DNA of 64,000 nt, taken from a virus. Location of the stretch: the IMG/VR virus record IMGVR_UViG_3300046332_000238, positions 32,001-96,000 of that record; one strand, written 5' to 3'. The translations under genes were made by a program, and so were the position numbers. Positions 20,088 to 29,521 of this stretch are shown piece by piece. Within the stretch, counting starts at the first letter, position 1. Each line of letters starts with the position of its first letter. The notes under the pieces were generated by a model. The model saw only the letters and a program-made list of their open reading frames with translations. It had not been told where the DNA came from and did not search any database.

Positions 20088-20420
20088 ATGAGCAATGCAG
20101 TACGCAAAGGCAAACAAAACCGTCACGAGAAAATCACCGTAACCCTGTTGTCAGGCAAACCGGTTTCACCTGATGAAATCAAATCATGTTTTACTGGCAC
20201 AGACCAAGAATCGGTTCTGTATCGATTGTCCACTAATATCTATAACATTCGTCTTGATGGTGGTATCATCAAAGTAATTAAAGAAGGTCGTAAGGTTACT
20301 GGATATCAATTGGTGAACCATACAGAGTTTGATAAGAATGGTCGTTATGTTGGTCCAGTTGTTACACAAGCACCAGCACCTGTTGCAGATGTTACACCAG
20401 AGGTGGAATCAGTTGAATAA
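20088..20420 (+). CDS. hypothetical protein, possible winged-helix DNA-binding domain
   Basis: AAGGA RBS; RLST.IYNIR..G..I....GRKV..Y.L pattern. Confidence 0.65.
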   Translation: MSNAVRKGKQNRHEKITVTLLSGKPVSPDEIKSCFTGTDQESVLYRLSTNIYNIRLDGGIIKVIKEGRKVTGYQLVNHTEFDKNGRYVGPVVTQAPAPVADVTPEVESVE

Positions 20421-20891
20421 ACGAGAGAGAGATAATACAAGATTTCTAATAACATCCGATTTAACTGCTCTTGCTGCATGGATTGACCAAGCAACTAATG
20501 ACGATATTAAATATGCCCTCGAATTGGCAAACACAGTACGATCAGAAATAGAAATCTATGAAATGGATCTTCAAGATGAAGTTGAAGATTTTACTGAAGC
20601 AAAATCGATTATTGATAGGATTAAAAATGTTTAGAAAATTTGCTAGTTGGATGAATGAAAATAATTCACAAGTTTCCTGGTTCTTCATTGGTTACTTCAT
20701 CAGTGAAGTATTTTCCTCTCTGTTAAAAGGTGACTATGTATGGGCTGCATGGTCGTTTGCCATAGTGATTATGAATTACATTGGTCGTAAACCTTGGGTT
20801 AGTTTGAATTGATGTTGCAGTAAAACAACAATGGTTGCCATTAACGGTGGCCATGATATAATGGTCACATAAACTGTTAAAAGGAGATAGT

Positions 20892-21353
20892 ATGGCAACC
20901 CGTTCCGCAATTGGTATCGTTCGTGATGGTAAGATCGAAGGTGTATATTGTCACTGGGATGGTTATCCTGAACACCATGGTCACATCCTGTTGAATTATT
21001 ATGATGAGAATAAGACCAATGAACTAATGAATCACGGTTCACTTTCAGTGCTAGGACCAAATATTGGTGTCAAGCGTCACTTTAGTAATCCATATCCTTG
21101 GGGTACTCCTGCATATATTGCCGAAGAAGCATTGCATGAAGATACCTGTACATTTTATGGACGAGATCGTGGTGATGAAAATACGGCCTCGAAAACTTTT
21201 GATAGTGTTTCAGAATTTATGGATTATTACAGTGCCAGTGGTTCGGAATATTATTATCTTTTTAAAGAAGGCACTTGGTATTTGTTGCGTAATCCAGAAG
21301 AACTGGTTCCGTTGAATAAGATTGTTCCTAATGTTCGTGATGATTTAAAATAA
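20892..21353 (+). CDS. conserved phage hypothetical protein
   Basis: MATRSAIG...YCHWDGYP motif; own promoter at 20835. Confidence 0.85.
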   Translation: MATRSAIGIVRDGKIEGVYCHWDGYPEHHGHILLNYYDENKTNELMNHGSLSVLGPNIGVKRHFSNPYPWGTPAYIAEEALHEDTCTFYGRDRGDENTASKTFDSVSEFMDYYSASGSEYYYLFKEGTWYLLRNPEELVPLNKIVPNVRDDLK

Positions 21354-21362
21354 GGATATATT

Positions 21363-21701
21363 ATGTTAGAATTGTATCGTGGTTTGGTTGATATTATCGT
21401 TTCAAATTGCCGTGTACTAGAAGCAGATTTGATTCAACATATCCGCCGTGATGTAACAGCCAAAACTATTGCACCTAATACATTTGGTGTTTGTGGTTTT
21501 TGGAATTTGATGCTTGAAATAATTTTTGTAATGTTTGCAAAGATCACATTTGTTCTTGGTATTACTTTGACTAGTGTTTTGGCCATTCTATTCTTTCCAT
21601 TGAATGCTTTTATTCGTGCTTGTGCTACTGTATTCCGTACCAGTTCAGGTGAAATATATACATTGCCCGTTGAAAAAGAAACGAAACCTAAGGTGAAGTA
21701 A
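21363..21701 (+). CDS. putative membrane protein
   Basis: Long hydrophobic segment. Confidence 0.65.
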   Translation: MLELYRGLVDIIVSNCRVLEADLIQHIRRDVTAKTIAPNTFGVCGFWNLMLEIIFVMFAKITFVLGITLTSVLAILFFPLNAFIRACATVFRTSSGEIYTLPVEKETKPKVK

Positions 21702-22078
21702 TGGCCATAACTAATCCATGGAGTGTTAATGGTGTAATACAAGACGATTATTCCTCAGCTTCTAGAGGTAGAATTGCTGACTTACCATATCCTGTTGAAC
21801 ATATTATTAATGGTAAAATGTTGATTGCTTCATATTCAATCATGGAATATAAATTTAGTGATCGCATACACATTGCTGGCCAGAAACAGACTGAAGATGA
21901 GATTAAAGATGAATTGTTGATGTTGTTGGTGAATGAAATGAAGAAATCAAACTTTATTGAATACACACGACAAATAGATATATTATCAGGTGCTGTTAAT
22001 TTCAAAGCAAGAATATTTGTGACACCTAACGATCAGGTAAGACTTATAAGAGAAATAGAACAGAGGAAAACAAAATGA
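21701..22078 (+). CDS. hypothetical protein
   Basis: 125 aa; coupled start. Confidence 0.7.
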   Translation: MAITNPWSVNGVIQDDYSSASRGRIADLPYPVEHIINGKMLIASYSIMEYKFSDRIHIAGQKQTEDEIKDELLMLLVNEMKKSNFIEYTRQIDILSGAVNFKARIFVTPNDQVRLIREIEQRKTK

Positions 22079-22081
22079 AAA

Positions 22082-22741
22082 TTAATATAAAATACACCAA
22101 TTTTTATATGTCCTTCCTTTGTTAATAATTTCAGAAACACCACTTTTGTTTATATTGTAACATTTATAAAATACCCATCGAGTGCATTTTATTAATTCAC
22201 CAGTTTGTATATTGAAAAAACTATAAACTAAATTATCGAAACGTGAATTATTTTTAAAACTGTTATTTTTTAATTTGGCTTTTTCTGAACGAATTAATTT
22301 TAATTTATCCGACTTTTCTTTACCATATAATTCTTCGTATGATTTATTTTTGAATTTTTTTATTGCATTTTCTGATAATTTTTTCTTAACTTCGTTCGTG
22401 TGTGTTTTCCCGAACATACCATTTAATTCACCACACAATGTTGGACCCCTTTTTCCACCTGGAACTGTATTATAACCACCAACAATTGAATCATATTCAC
22501 TGATGAAATAAGATTCCATAACATTTAGTGTATGGTCTTTTTCTTTAGATTGATATAATACTTCCCATATAAAATTATTCCATCCATATTTTTTTATGGC
22601 ATTATAGAATTTTATATTGTTTTCTTTTTCTGATTCTCGTTTGTGGTCGGTTTTTCTTTTTGGCCAATGCGAATCAAAACCTATGTATCGTTGTTTTGTT
22701 ACAACATTGTAAGCGGAATAGATTGAATATATAGTTGACAC
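22082..22741 (-). CDS. free-standing GIY-YIG (Seg-like) endonuclease with NUMOD3-type C-terminus
   Basis: SIY...YIG, R...H, FYNAIKKYG, E...I and GYN...GG; NGMFGKTHT; GTG start. Confidence 0.9.
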   Translation of the reverse strand: MSTIYSIYSAYNVVTKQRYIGFDSHWPKRKTDHKRESEKENNIKFYNAIKKYGWNNFIWEVLYQSKEKDHTLNVMESYFISEYDSIVGGYNTVPGGKRGPTLCGELNGMFGKTHTNEVKKKLSENAIKKFKNKSYEELYGKEKSDKLKLIRSEKAKLKNNSFKNNSRFDNLVYSFFNIQTGELIKCTRWVFYKCYNINKSGVSEIINKGRTYKNWCILY

Positions 22742-22816
22742 AGCTGTGTCCTTGTGATATAATTTGACATAGAGTGAGTAGATGTTGACGCATCGTGACT
22801 CACATCCCTATTTATA
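22735..22816. promoter_or_regulatory. structured GIY-YIG leader element, copy 1
   Basis: Two hairpins; minus-strand TATAAATA at 22809-22816; plus-strand TTGACA-17-TATAAT at 22735-22763. Confidence 0.8.
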
Positions 22817-22832
22817 TATTATGGAGAGTATT

Positions 22833-23804
22833 ATGTCTCAGAAAGGTAAAAAGGTCGGAAGCTTGCGTATTGCAATTGCTTCCGACCTGTAGCTGCATTT
22901 GGAGTTTGGTGACCTTGATTTGCATAATACAGATAATGCTGATGTGCTGATTCTTGGTGGTGATATTTTTGTCGCTAACGACCTTGTGAGTCTTGAAGAT
23001 TCCATTGAAATTGCAAAACTGGTACCAACACGAGCTCGTTTTCGTGCAGAGAAATTTTTTGATTTTGTAAAACGTTGCAGTGATCGGTTCCCTAAAGTAA
23101 TTTTGATTGCTGGTAATCATGAACATTATCATGGTGAGTTTCAGGATACATACAAAACAATCAAGAAAACCTTTAAAGAATTTACCAATGTGTATGTCTT
23201 GGATAAAGAATCGGTAGAACTTGATGGCACCATTTTTGTTGGTGGTACATTGTGGACTGATATGAACAAAGAAGATCCAATGACCATTCATGCAATTTCT
23301 GGTATGATGAATGACTTTAATTGTGTAACAAATGGCATAACACACCGTAAAGTGCCACTGTATAAAAAAGATGCATCGGGTGAATACATCATTGATGATA
23401 AACGTATTGGTTACATCGTAGATGGTTTTAAAATGAAAGAAGAACCTGCTAGATTTACTCCTAACCATGCGGTGGAAGACCACAAACAATTTCTTCAATA
23501 TTTGAAACTAGTAATGGAAAATAACACAGATAAAAAACCTGTTGTTGTTTGTTCTCACCATGCACCAAGTCGTCGCAGCACACATCCAAGGTATGCAGGA
23601 CAAACCCTGATGAATGGTGGATATAGTTCTGAATTGGACGAGTTCATTATGGATAGGCCAGATATCAAACTCTGGACTCATGGACATACACATGAACCTT
23701 TTGATTATATGGTTGGTGATACTCGTATCGTTTGCAATCCTCGCGGGTATAAAAATCATGAAAAGAGTGCAGATTATTTTGAGTTAAAATTTGTTGAAAT
23801 TTAA
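22833..23804 (+). pseudogene. calcineurin-like metallophosphoesterase interrupted by an in-frame TAG at 22890
   Basis: GGAG RBS then MSQKGKKVGSLRIAIASDL*LHLEF; GGDI, AGNHE, SHHAP, HGHTH and NPRGY motifs intact downstream. Confidence 0.75.
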
Positions 23805-23813
23805 GGAGATAAA

Positions 23814-24266
23814 ATGAGTGTTACAATTAAGAATTTAGAAGCAGCATTTGCTGGTGAGAGTCAAGCACATACCAAGTACCGATATTTTGCTAAGATGGCA
23901 AGAGCACAAGGATTTGAAGATGTTGCAAAACATTTTGAACATACAGCAGAACAAGAACTACTTCATGCGTGGGGTCATTTGGAATTACTGATTGGTAAAC
24001 CAGATGTTAAACAGTGTCTTGAAATGGCCATTGAAGGTGAGACACACGAGTTCACTACAATGTATCCTACAATGCAATCAGAAGCAATTGCAGAAGGTGA
24101 TGAATTTGCTGCGAAAGAAGCAGCAGATCAAATTTTAGAAAGTAAAGAACACGCAGAACAATTTGCAACAGTTCTTGCTAAGGCAGAAAAACGTTTTAAT
24201 GCTTTGAAGAAAGTAGAACAACGTCACGCAGAAGCTTACACAAAAGTATTGGAGAATGTAAAATGA
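23814..24266 (+). CDS. rbr: rubrerythrin (ferritin-like diiron domain)
   Basis: NL.AAFAGES.A..KY, E..HA, GE..E...MYP and E.EHA motifs. Confidence 0.9.
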   Translation: MSVTIKNLEAAFAGESQAHTKYRYFAKMARAQGFEDVAKHFEHTAEQELLHAWGHLELLIGKPDVKQCLEMAIEGETHEFTTMYPTMQSEAIAEGDEFAAKEAADQILESKEHAEQFATVLAKAEKRFNALKKVEQRHAEAYTKVLENVK

Positions 24267-24397
24267 GCGAAACACATGTATGTGTAGTATGTGGTCATGA
24301 ACATGATGATCTAGTAGAGGGTGCATGGGGTACATTACCTGACGACTTTACTTGTCCTGAATGTGGTTGTGGTAAGGAAGAATACGAGTCAATTTAA
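24263..24397 (+). CDS. rubredoxin (44 aa, not in the ORF track)
   Basis: MSETHVCVVCGHEHDDLVEGAWGTLPDDFTCPECGCGKEEYESI. Confidence 0.9.
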   Translation: MSETHVCVVCGHEHDDLVEGAWGTLPDDFTCPECGCGKEEYESI

Positions 24398-24747
24398 TGT
24401 CCAAAAAATTATATCTTGTTGAAACTATTTCCACATTCCGTATTCGTTATGTGGTTGAAGCAAAAGAAGAAGGTCATGCTGAAGATGAAGTCACTATGTC
24501 TGATGCTGACTTTTATGAATTCTCACAGAAACATATTGATGAATCGATTACATCAACCCGTGAATTAAGTAGGATTGAATATCTTGATCTTTTTGATAAA
24601 GACAATGAGTATCTTTCTAAATGGGACGATGAATCTAAAATGAAGTTCATCAATAAGATTAATTATGATGAAGATGATGGTAACGTAAATCTTCCTCCTA
24701 CTGAATGTGAGTTTGATGAAATTGAAGAAGCAATGAAGAACGTATGA
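24397..24747 (+). CDS. acidic hypothetical protein
   Basis: 116 aa; coupled start. Confidence 0.75.
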   Translation: MSKKLYLVETISTFRIRYVVEAKEEGHAEDEVTMSDADFYEFSQKHIDESITSTRELSRIEYLDLFDKDNEYLSKWDDESKMKFINKINYDEDDGNVNLPPTECEFDEIEEAMKNV

Positions 24748-25592
24748 AGAAAATATTTATAACTGGTATCAATGGTTATATTGGTCAACACCTCTACCAT
24801 CTGTTAAAGGATGAGTATGAGGTGTTTGGCTTGGATATTACACCTGTTGATGATGTTAATCTTTTTCAGTCGGATATTCGACATTGGATACCAGATTATA
24901 TATTTTCTTTGGCTGATATGCCAAATGAATTCGATGCAGTCATTCATTTGGCTGCATTGATTCGTGTAAGTGAATCAGTAGTAAAACCTATTGAGTATTA
25001 TGAAACTAATATCATGGGCACCATCAATGCACTGAGTTGCATTAAGACAAAAAACTTTATTCTTGCATCTACTGGTGCAGCAGAAAACCCAATTAATCCA
25101 TATAGTATCTCGAAGTTGGCCGCAGAAAGTATTGTTAAACAGTATTGTGCCAGTAAAGATATTGACTATACTATTTTTAGATTCTATAATGTAATTGGAT
25201 CAAACGGATTCTTACCAACAAATGTTGATGGTCTGATGTATAACCTAATCAAGGCAAAAGAGACAGGTATATTTAATCTTTTTGGTCATCAATATGATAC
25301 AGAAGATGGTACAGCAATTCGGGACTATATTCATGTAATGGAAATCTGTCACGCAATTAAATTGGCAATTGAAACTCCTGCGAACACTGAGGTAGAAAAC
25401 CTGGGTACAGGCCTAGGACATTCCGTATTTGATATTGTTAATCGTTTTATGATTGTAAACAATTGTGATATTCAGGTAAACTTTAAACCTGCTCGGGCAG
25501 GTGACTTACCTGCAACAGTATTAAAAAATGTCTCGCCATACATGAAAAAATATTATACAATAGACGAAATGTTACGATTGGAGAATACATGA
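24744..25592 (+). CDS. NAD-dependent epimerase (GalE-like extended SDR)
   Basis: TGINGYIG, HLAA, YSISK, RFYNV and DGTAIRDYIHV motifs. Confidence 0.9.
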   Translation: MKKIFITGINGYIGQHLYHLLKDEYEVFGLDITPVDDVNLFQSDIRHWIPDYIFSLADMPNEFDAVIHLAALIRVSESVVKPIEYYETNIMGTINALSCIKTKNFILASTGAAENPINPYSISKLAAESIVKQYCASKDIDYTIFRFYNVIGSNGFLPTNVDGLMYNLIKAKETGIFNLFGHQYDTEDGTAIRDYIHVMEICHAIKLAIETPANTEVENLGTGLGHSVFDIVNRFMIVNNCDIQVNFKPARAGDLPATVLKNVSPYMKKYYTIDEMLRLENT

Positions 25593-25789
25593 AATATCTT
25601 ATTGGTTTTATTGGTGGTGTTTTGCTTTCAATTGGATTGGTAGCTAACGCTGGTTTCTTTGGTTCAGCAGTTGGTGGTGCTGTGGGTGGTGCAATTGGAA
25701 CATCTGGTGTTGAATCAAAAATTGATACAATTAATGCTCGTATTGAAGCATTGACAAGAGCATTGGATAGTGTTAAGGTGTGCAAATGA
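25589..25789 (+). CDS. small glycine-zipper membrane or secreted protein
   Basis: Signal-like N-terminus; GSAVGGAVGGAIG. Confidence 0.6.
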   Translation: MKYLIGFIGGVLLSIGLVANAGFFGSAVGGAVGGAIGTSGVESKIDTINARIEALTRALDSVKVCK

Positions 25790-26472
25790 AAGTAAATATC
25801 GGACCTTATACAACTTGGATAGGACCGTATCAGATTGCGGAAAAGATACTATTCTGGATGGACAAAGACAATGATGACCGAGTTCATAACTTTGGTCGTT
25901 GGTTGTCGGGTGGTAAAGAGAAAGATTCTCTGTTACAAAAATTATGTGTTTGGATTGAATCCAAGAAAAAACGTAAAATTAAAGTAGATATTCATGGTTA
26001 TGATGTGTGGAGTATGGATTCCACATTATCTCTTATCGTTCTTCCTATGTTACAAGAACTTCAAAAGGTGAAACATGGTTCACCAATGGTTGATGCAGAA
26101 GATGTTCCTGAGTTTCTTAGAATGACTGGTCATGAAGATTGGTCACACCAAATGGAATTCAAATTTGAAGATCATGAACAGTATGAAAAAGATTCATGGG
26201 AAATCAATATGCATCGTTGGGATTGGGTTCTTGAAGAATTGATTTGGACATTCAAACAATTACAACCTGATTATGATTGGGACGATATGTATCGTTCAGG
26301 TGAAATGGACATTCAATGGTTAGATGATCCAAGTAACTCCAACTACAAAATCATGTCTCACGGACCTAATCATACATATAAAGTTGATGATGAAGGTATG
26401 AAAAAACATCAAGACCGTATCAACAATGGTTTGAGATTGTTCGGTAAATATTATCAAAATCTTTGGGACTAA
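25786..26472 (+). CDS. conserved T4-like phage hypothetical protein
   Basis: D.WSMD.TL..I.LPML and G.RLFGKYYQNLWD motifs. Confidence 0.85.
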   Translation: MKVNIGPYTTWIGPYQIAEKILFWMDKDNDDRVHNFGRWLSGGKEKDSLLQKLCVWIESKKKRKIKVDIHGYDVWSMDSTLSLIVLPMLQELQKVKHGSPMVDAEDVPEFLRMTGHEDWSHQMEFKFEDHEQYEKDSWEINMHRWDWVLEELIWTFKQLQPDYDWDDMYRSGEMDIQWLDDPSNSNYKIMSHGPNHTYKVDDEGMKKHQDRINNGLRLFGKYYQNLWD

Positions 26473-26644
26473 TCATGGCAAAATTTAAACAAGTAAAACT
26501 TATATTCACCGCAGAAATTATGATGAATAGTAATGACACATTGGATGTTGAAGCATTGCAGACTGAATTGATTGATGCCCTAGATACAGTGAACAATAAT
26601 CAATTTCTTGTAGCAGAAGAACAACTTATTATTAAAGGTTAATT

Positions 26645-27118
26645 ATGACATTGAAACATCATGCAGAACGTGAATTGGATATTATTGGAATGACAGAAGA
26701 TTCTGTGGAAATGGATGCTGCGATGCGTAATCACATCCTTCATATGATTGATGAATTTTCTAAAGAAGGACATTCTGGATTCTCCGCATCATATGCTATT
26801 AGTATATTATCTAAACTTATGAGATATGAACCATTGACACCACTAACAGGTGAAGATTCCGAATGGATGGAAATTGCTAAAGAACAGACTGGTTCTAATC
26901 AAGGCACACTATACCAAAATAAACGAGCAAGTCATGTATTCAAAGATGATACTGGTGCATATGATATCAATGGCAAAGTATTTGTCGAATGGCGGCAAGA
27001 CAAAGAAACAGGTGAAGATTATTCCTCATCATATACAAGCAAAGATTCTCGTGTACCTGTAACTTTCCCATACACACCACATACAGATTATGTTAATAAA
27101 GGTTTTGTAGAAGAATGA
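26645..27118 (+). CDS. conserved phage hypothetical protein
   Basis: EGHSGFSA, PLTPLTGED.EW and QNKR.S.VFK motifs. Confidence 0.85.
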   Translation: MTLKHHAERELDIIGMTEDSVEMDAAMRNHILHMIDEFSKEGHSGFSASYAISILSKLMRYEPLTPLTGEDSEWMEIAKEQTGSNQGTLYQNKRASHVFKDDTGAYDINGKVFVEWRQDKETGEDYSSSYTSKDSRVPVTFPYTPHTDYVNKGFVEE

Positions 27119-28194
27119 TTTCTCTCATACACTTTATAAGTTCTTCCAAACTACTCAAAGAGTCCGAAAAGACGGTAGTGATGTTGGGTGGTGAAGATGA
27201 AGCACCGGAGATGGTGCGAGCACAGCGTGACTTCTATCGTTTAGAAGTTGATTATTATAGGGTAGAAGCAATCAAATTTGGTTTCTTTTGTGCCGGTGTT
27301 GTATTGAGTGCATACCCAATTTATTTGTTATGGAGATTATTTAATGGCATACTTGCTTAAAAATATTTTTGGATGGTCAAAAACTAATGGCCTAAGTATT
27401 ATGGCTAATGGTGCAATGTTTGCATTGGTTATATTGTTAATAGTACCTATGTTTGCAGTGAAAAAACCAGAAGTTGAAATGAAAGACTTCAAAGATGGCA
27501 TACAAAATCATTTGACATGGTCAATTAAGAATGAATGCTTTTTTGTTAAACCACACACAGATACCACAGTGTATCTGATCCGTGTACCTGATTGTGATAG
27601 AAAATAAGGAGAAGTTATGAGTTTATTTGTTGAAGTTACCTCGATTGAAAAACAATGTAAAGTTATTGTTAATATGGAACACATTGTAGAAATTGCACCA
27701 CTTGCTTCTGGTGGTTGTGCATTGTTTACTATTGATAGTGCAGGTGTTGGTGCAAAAGCATCGATGCGGGTATCTGATGATTACAGTCAATTTATCCAGT
27801 TTGCTGTACAACCAGTATCTGCTGAAGATATTGCAAAACGTTTTCCTAAAGTATCTACCGAAGCAGAACCTAAAGCAAAATCACCAAAGGTAGAAATTCC
27901 TAAACTATGAACGATCTCCTAACAGGGATATTTTCTTGGATTAAAGATGATTATCGGACCTACCCTTTACGTTTTCTTATTGAGCTTCTTGCTTGGGCTA
28001 TCAGCATTGGTTGTAGTCTCACTATGGCGCTCACGGTACCTAATCCTCCCCTTCTTAGTATGTACCCTGTTTGGATCATTGGTTGTTGCCTTTATGGCTG
28101 GGCTGCTTACTCTAGGAAGTCTTTTGGTATGCTTGCTAACTACCTTTTGTTGGTTACCATAGATTCCATAGGACTCCTACGAATGATTAGTTGA
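27115..28194 (+). other. four small ORFs (27115-27360, about 27344-27607, 27617-27910, 27907-28194), three membrane-associated
   Basis: Overlapping start and stop codons; hydrophobic segments. Confidence 0.7.
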
Positions 28195-28247
28195 CAATTA
28201 ACTGTGGCCATGTTATAATTGTATCTCTTATATTATGAAAGTTTCTC

Positions 28248-28847
28248 GTGAATATCTTTTATCTTGACAATGACCCAGTTAAATGTGCAGAAATGCATAA
28301 CGATAAACATTGTATCAAAATGATTCTGGAATATGCTCAACTCCTTTCCACTGCTCATCGCGTTCTTGATGGCGTTTCCACTATCGGCCTTACTAGCACC
28401 GGTCGGAAAAAAACTTCCTTCGTCCTCTCCGATGCTCGGGATGCCATTCTTTATTCTGCTACTCACATTAATCATCCGTCTGCAATTTGGGTAAGACAAT
28501 CAGATAAAAATTATGACTGGTTGTTTTCTCTGTTTCAGGCATTGATGGATGAGTACACATATCGTTATGGTAAAACCCATGCCTGTTCTAAACTTGAAAT
28601 GTCTCTTGCTAGAATACCACAAAATATTCCACAAAAACCTTTCACTGAACCAACACCTGCAATGCCGCCAGAAATAAAAGTACCAAAAGCAGGACCTCGT
28701 GGTCAATTGCATTATGATTCTATTGCTTCGTATAAGAATTACTATATACAAAGTAAAGTACACCTTGCCTCATGGAAAGGTAAAACAAATTCTCGTCCAG
28801 TTCCGCAATGGTTTCAAACTGGATTAGAAAAACTAGCAGTAATTTAA
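28248..28847 (+). CDS. DenV-related pyrimidine-dimer glycosylase family protein
   Basis: NIFYLD.DP..CA..H.DKH.IKM..E.AQLLS and H.NHP...W motifs; promoter TTGACA-17-TATAAT at 28191. Confidence 0.75.
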   Translation: MNIFYLDNDPVKCAEMHNDKHCIKMILEYAQLLSTAHRVLDGVSTIGLTSTGRKKTSFVLSDARDAILYSATHINHPSAIWVRQSDKNYDWLFSLFQALMDEYTYRYGKTHACSKLEMSLARIPQNIPQKPFTEPTPAMPPEIKVPKAGPRGQLHYDSIASYKNYYIQSKVHLASWKGKTNSRPVPQWFQTGLEKLAVI

Positions 28848-28873
28848 CTTGAACTTTATTAATAAGGAAACAC

Positions 28874-29452
28874 ATGAAATTTGTAAAAATCTTGGCAGTA
28901 GCAGCAGTAATGATGGCAAGTTCCGCGTTCGCACAGAACACTGGATATACTACGTTTGAATTCTCACAAGAAACTAAACGTGCTGATGATTCAGACAAAC
29001 TCAAGGGTGGTCTAGTCGTTGGTGTGAAAACACCACAAGGTCAAGACTACAGCGTTAAATTGGAATCGAGTCAAACTCGTGTTGGTGAAGGTTCGATTTC
29101 AACTGGTTTAGAAGTTCGTGCAAAACAAAACTTTGCAGATGTTGGTTATGGTATTAAACCATACCTTGGTGTTCGTCTAGGCGAGAAAATGACTAGTGAT
29201 GAACACTTTAGTCACTATGCAGTTGATGCTGGTGTAAAGTTTCCGATTGTCGGAAAACTTAGTGGAGATGTTGGTGTACGTTATCGTAATGCTTTCAATA
29301 CTGTAAATGCATTTGAAAGCACACGTTACCATGTTATCGCAGCATATGCATTGACTAAGACAGATTCAGTTGCAGTTCGTTACAGCCAAGCATATGGTGA
29401 TGTTGCAGAAGAAAAAGATGCATGGCGTTTGAGTTACACACATAGTTTCTAA
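28874..29452 (+). CDS. outer-membrane beta-barrel protein
   Basis: Signal peptide ending AFA; alternating beta strands; C-terminal YTHSF. Confidence 0.8.
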   Translation: MKFVKILAVAAVMMASSAFAQNTGYTTFEFSQETKRADDSDKLKGGLVVGVKTPQGQDYSVKLESSQTRVGEGSISTGLEVRAKQNFADVGYGIKPYLGVRLGEKMTSDEHFSHYAVDAGVKFPIVGKLSGDVGVRYRNAFNTVNAFESTRYHVIAAYALTKTDSVAVRYSQAYGDVAEEKDAWRLSYTHSF

Positions 29453-29470
29453 TATTAAAGTATAAAGAAG

Positions 29471-29494
29471 AACTCTCCTTCATGGAGAGTTTTT
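29471..29494 (+). terminator. intrinsic terminator
   Basis: AACTCTCC-TTCAT-GGAGAGTT followed by a T run. Confidence 0.75.
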
Positions 29495-29521
29495 CACTTC
29501 TTGATTACATAAAGAAATATA

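Larger units (their letters stand above)
587..20862 (+). promoter_or_regulatory. dispersed family of early promoters; -35 boxes at 587, 943, 1138, 1361, 2486, 4339, 5306, 6508, 6816, 7628, 9095, 15610, 15883, 20835
   Basis: Consensus TTG(C/A)CA-16 bp-TA(T/A/C)AAT, usually with CTG before the -10 and GGTTGTATTGA after; intergenic and mostly followed by RBS and ORF. Confidence 0.9.

Noticed and set aside
22743-22803. Leader element as a known self-cleaving ribozyme or tRNA fragment
   Set aside because: I could not fit hammerhead, twister or HDV cores, and the 6-nt loops are not anticodon loops. Left unassigned pending an Rfam scan.
22890-22892. Amber stop-codon reassignment
   Set aside because: A single case. 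Long genes are open in the standard code, and TAG ends genes such as gp8.
22812-23498. 228-aa minus-strand ORF and similar antisense ORFs in the track
   Set aside because: They overlap well-supported genes on the other strand and lack motifs or an RBS.
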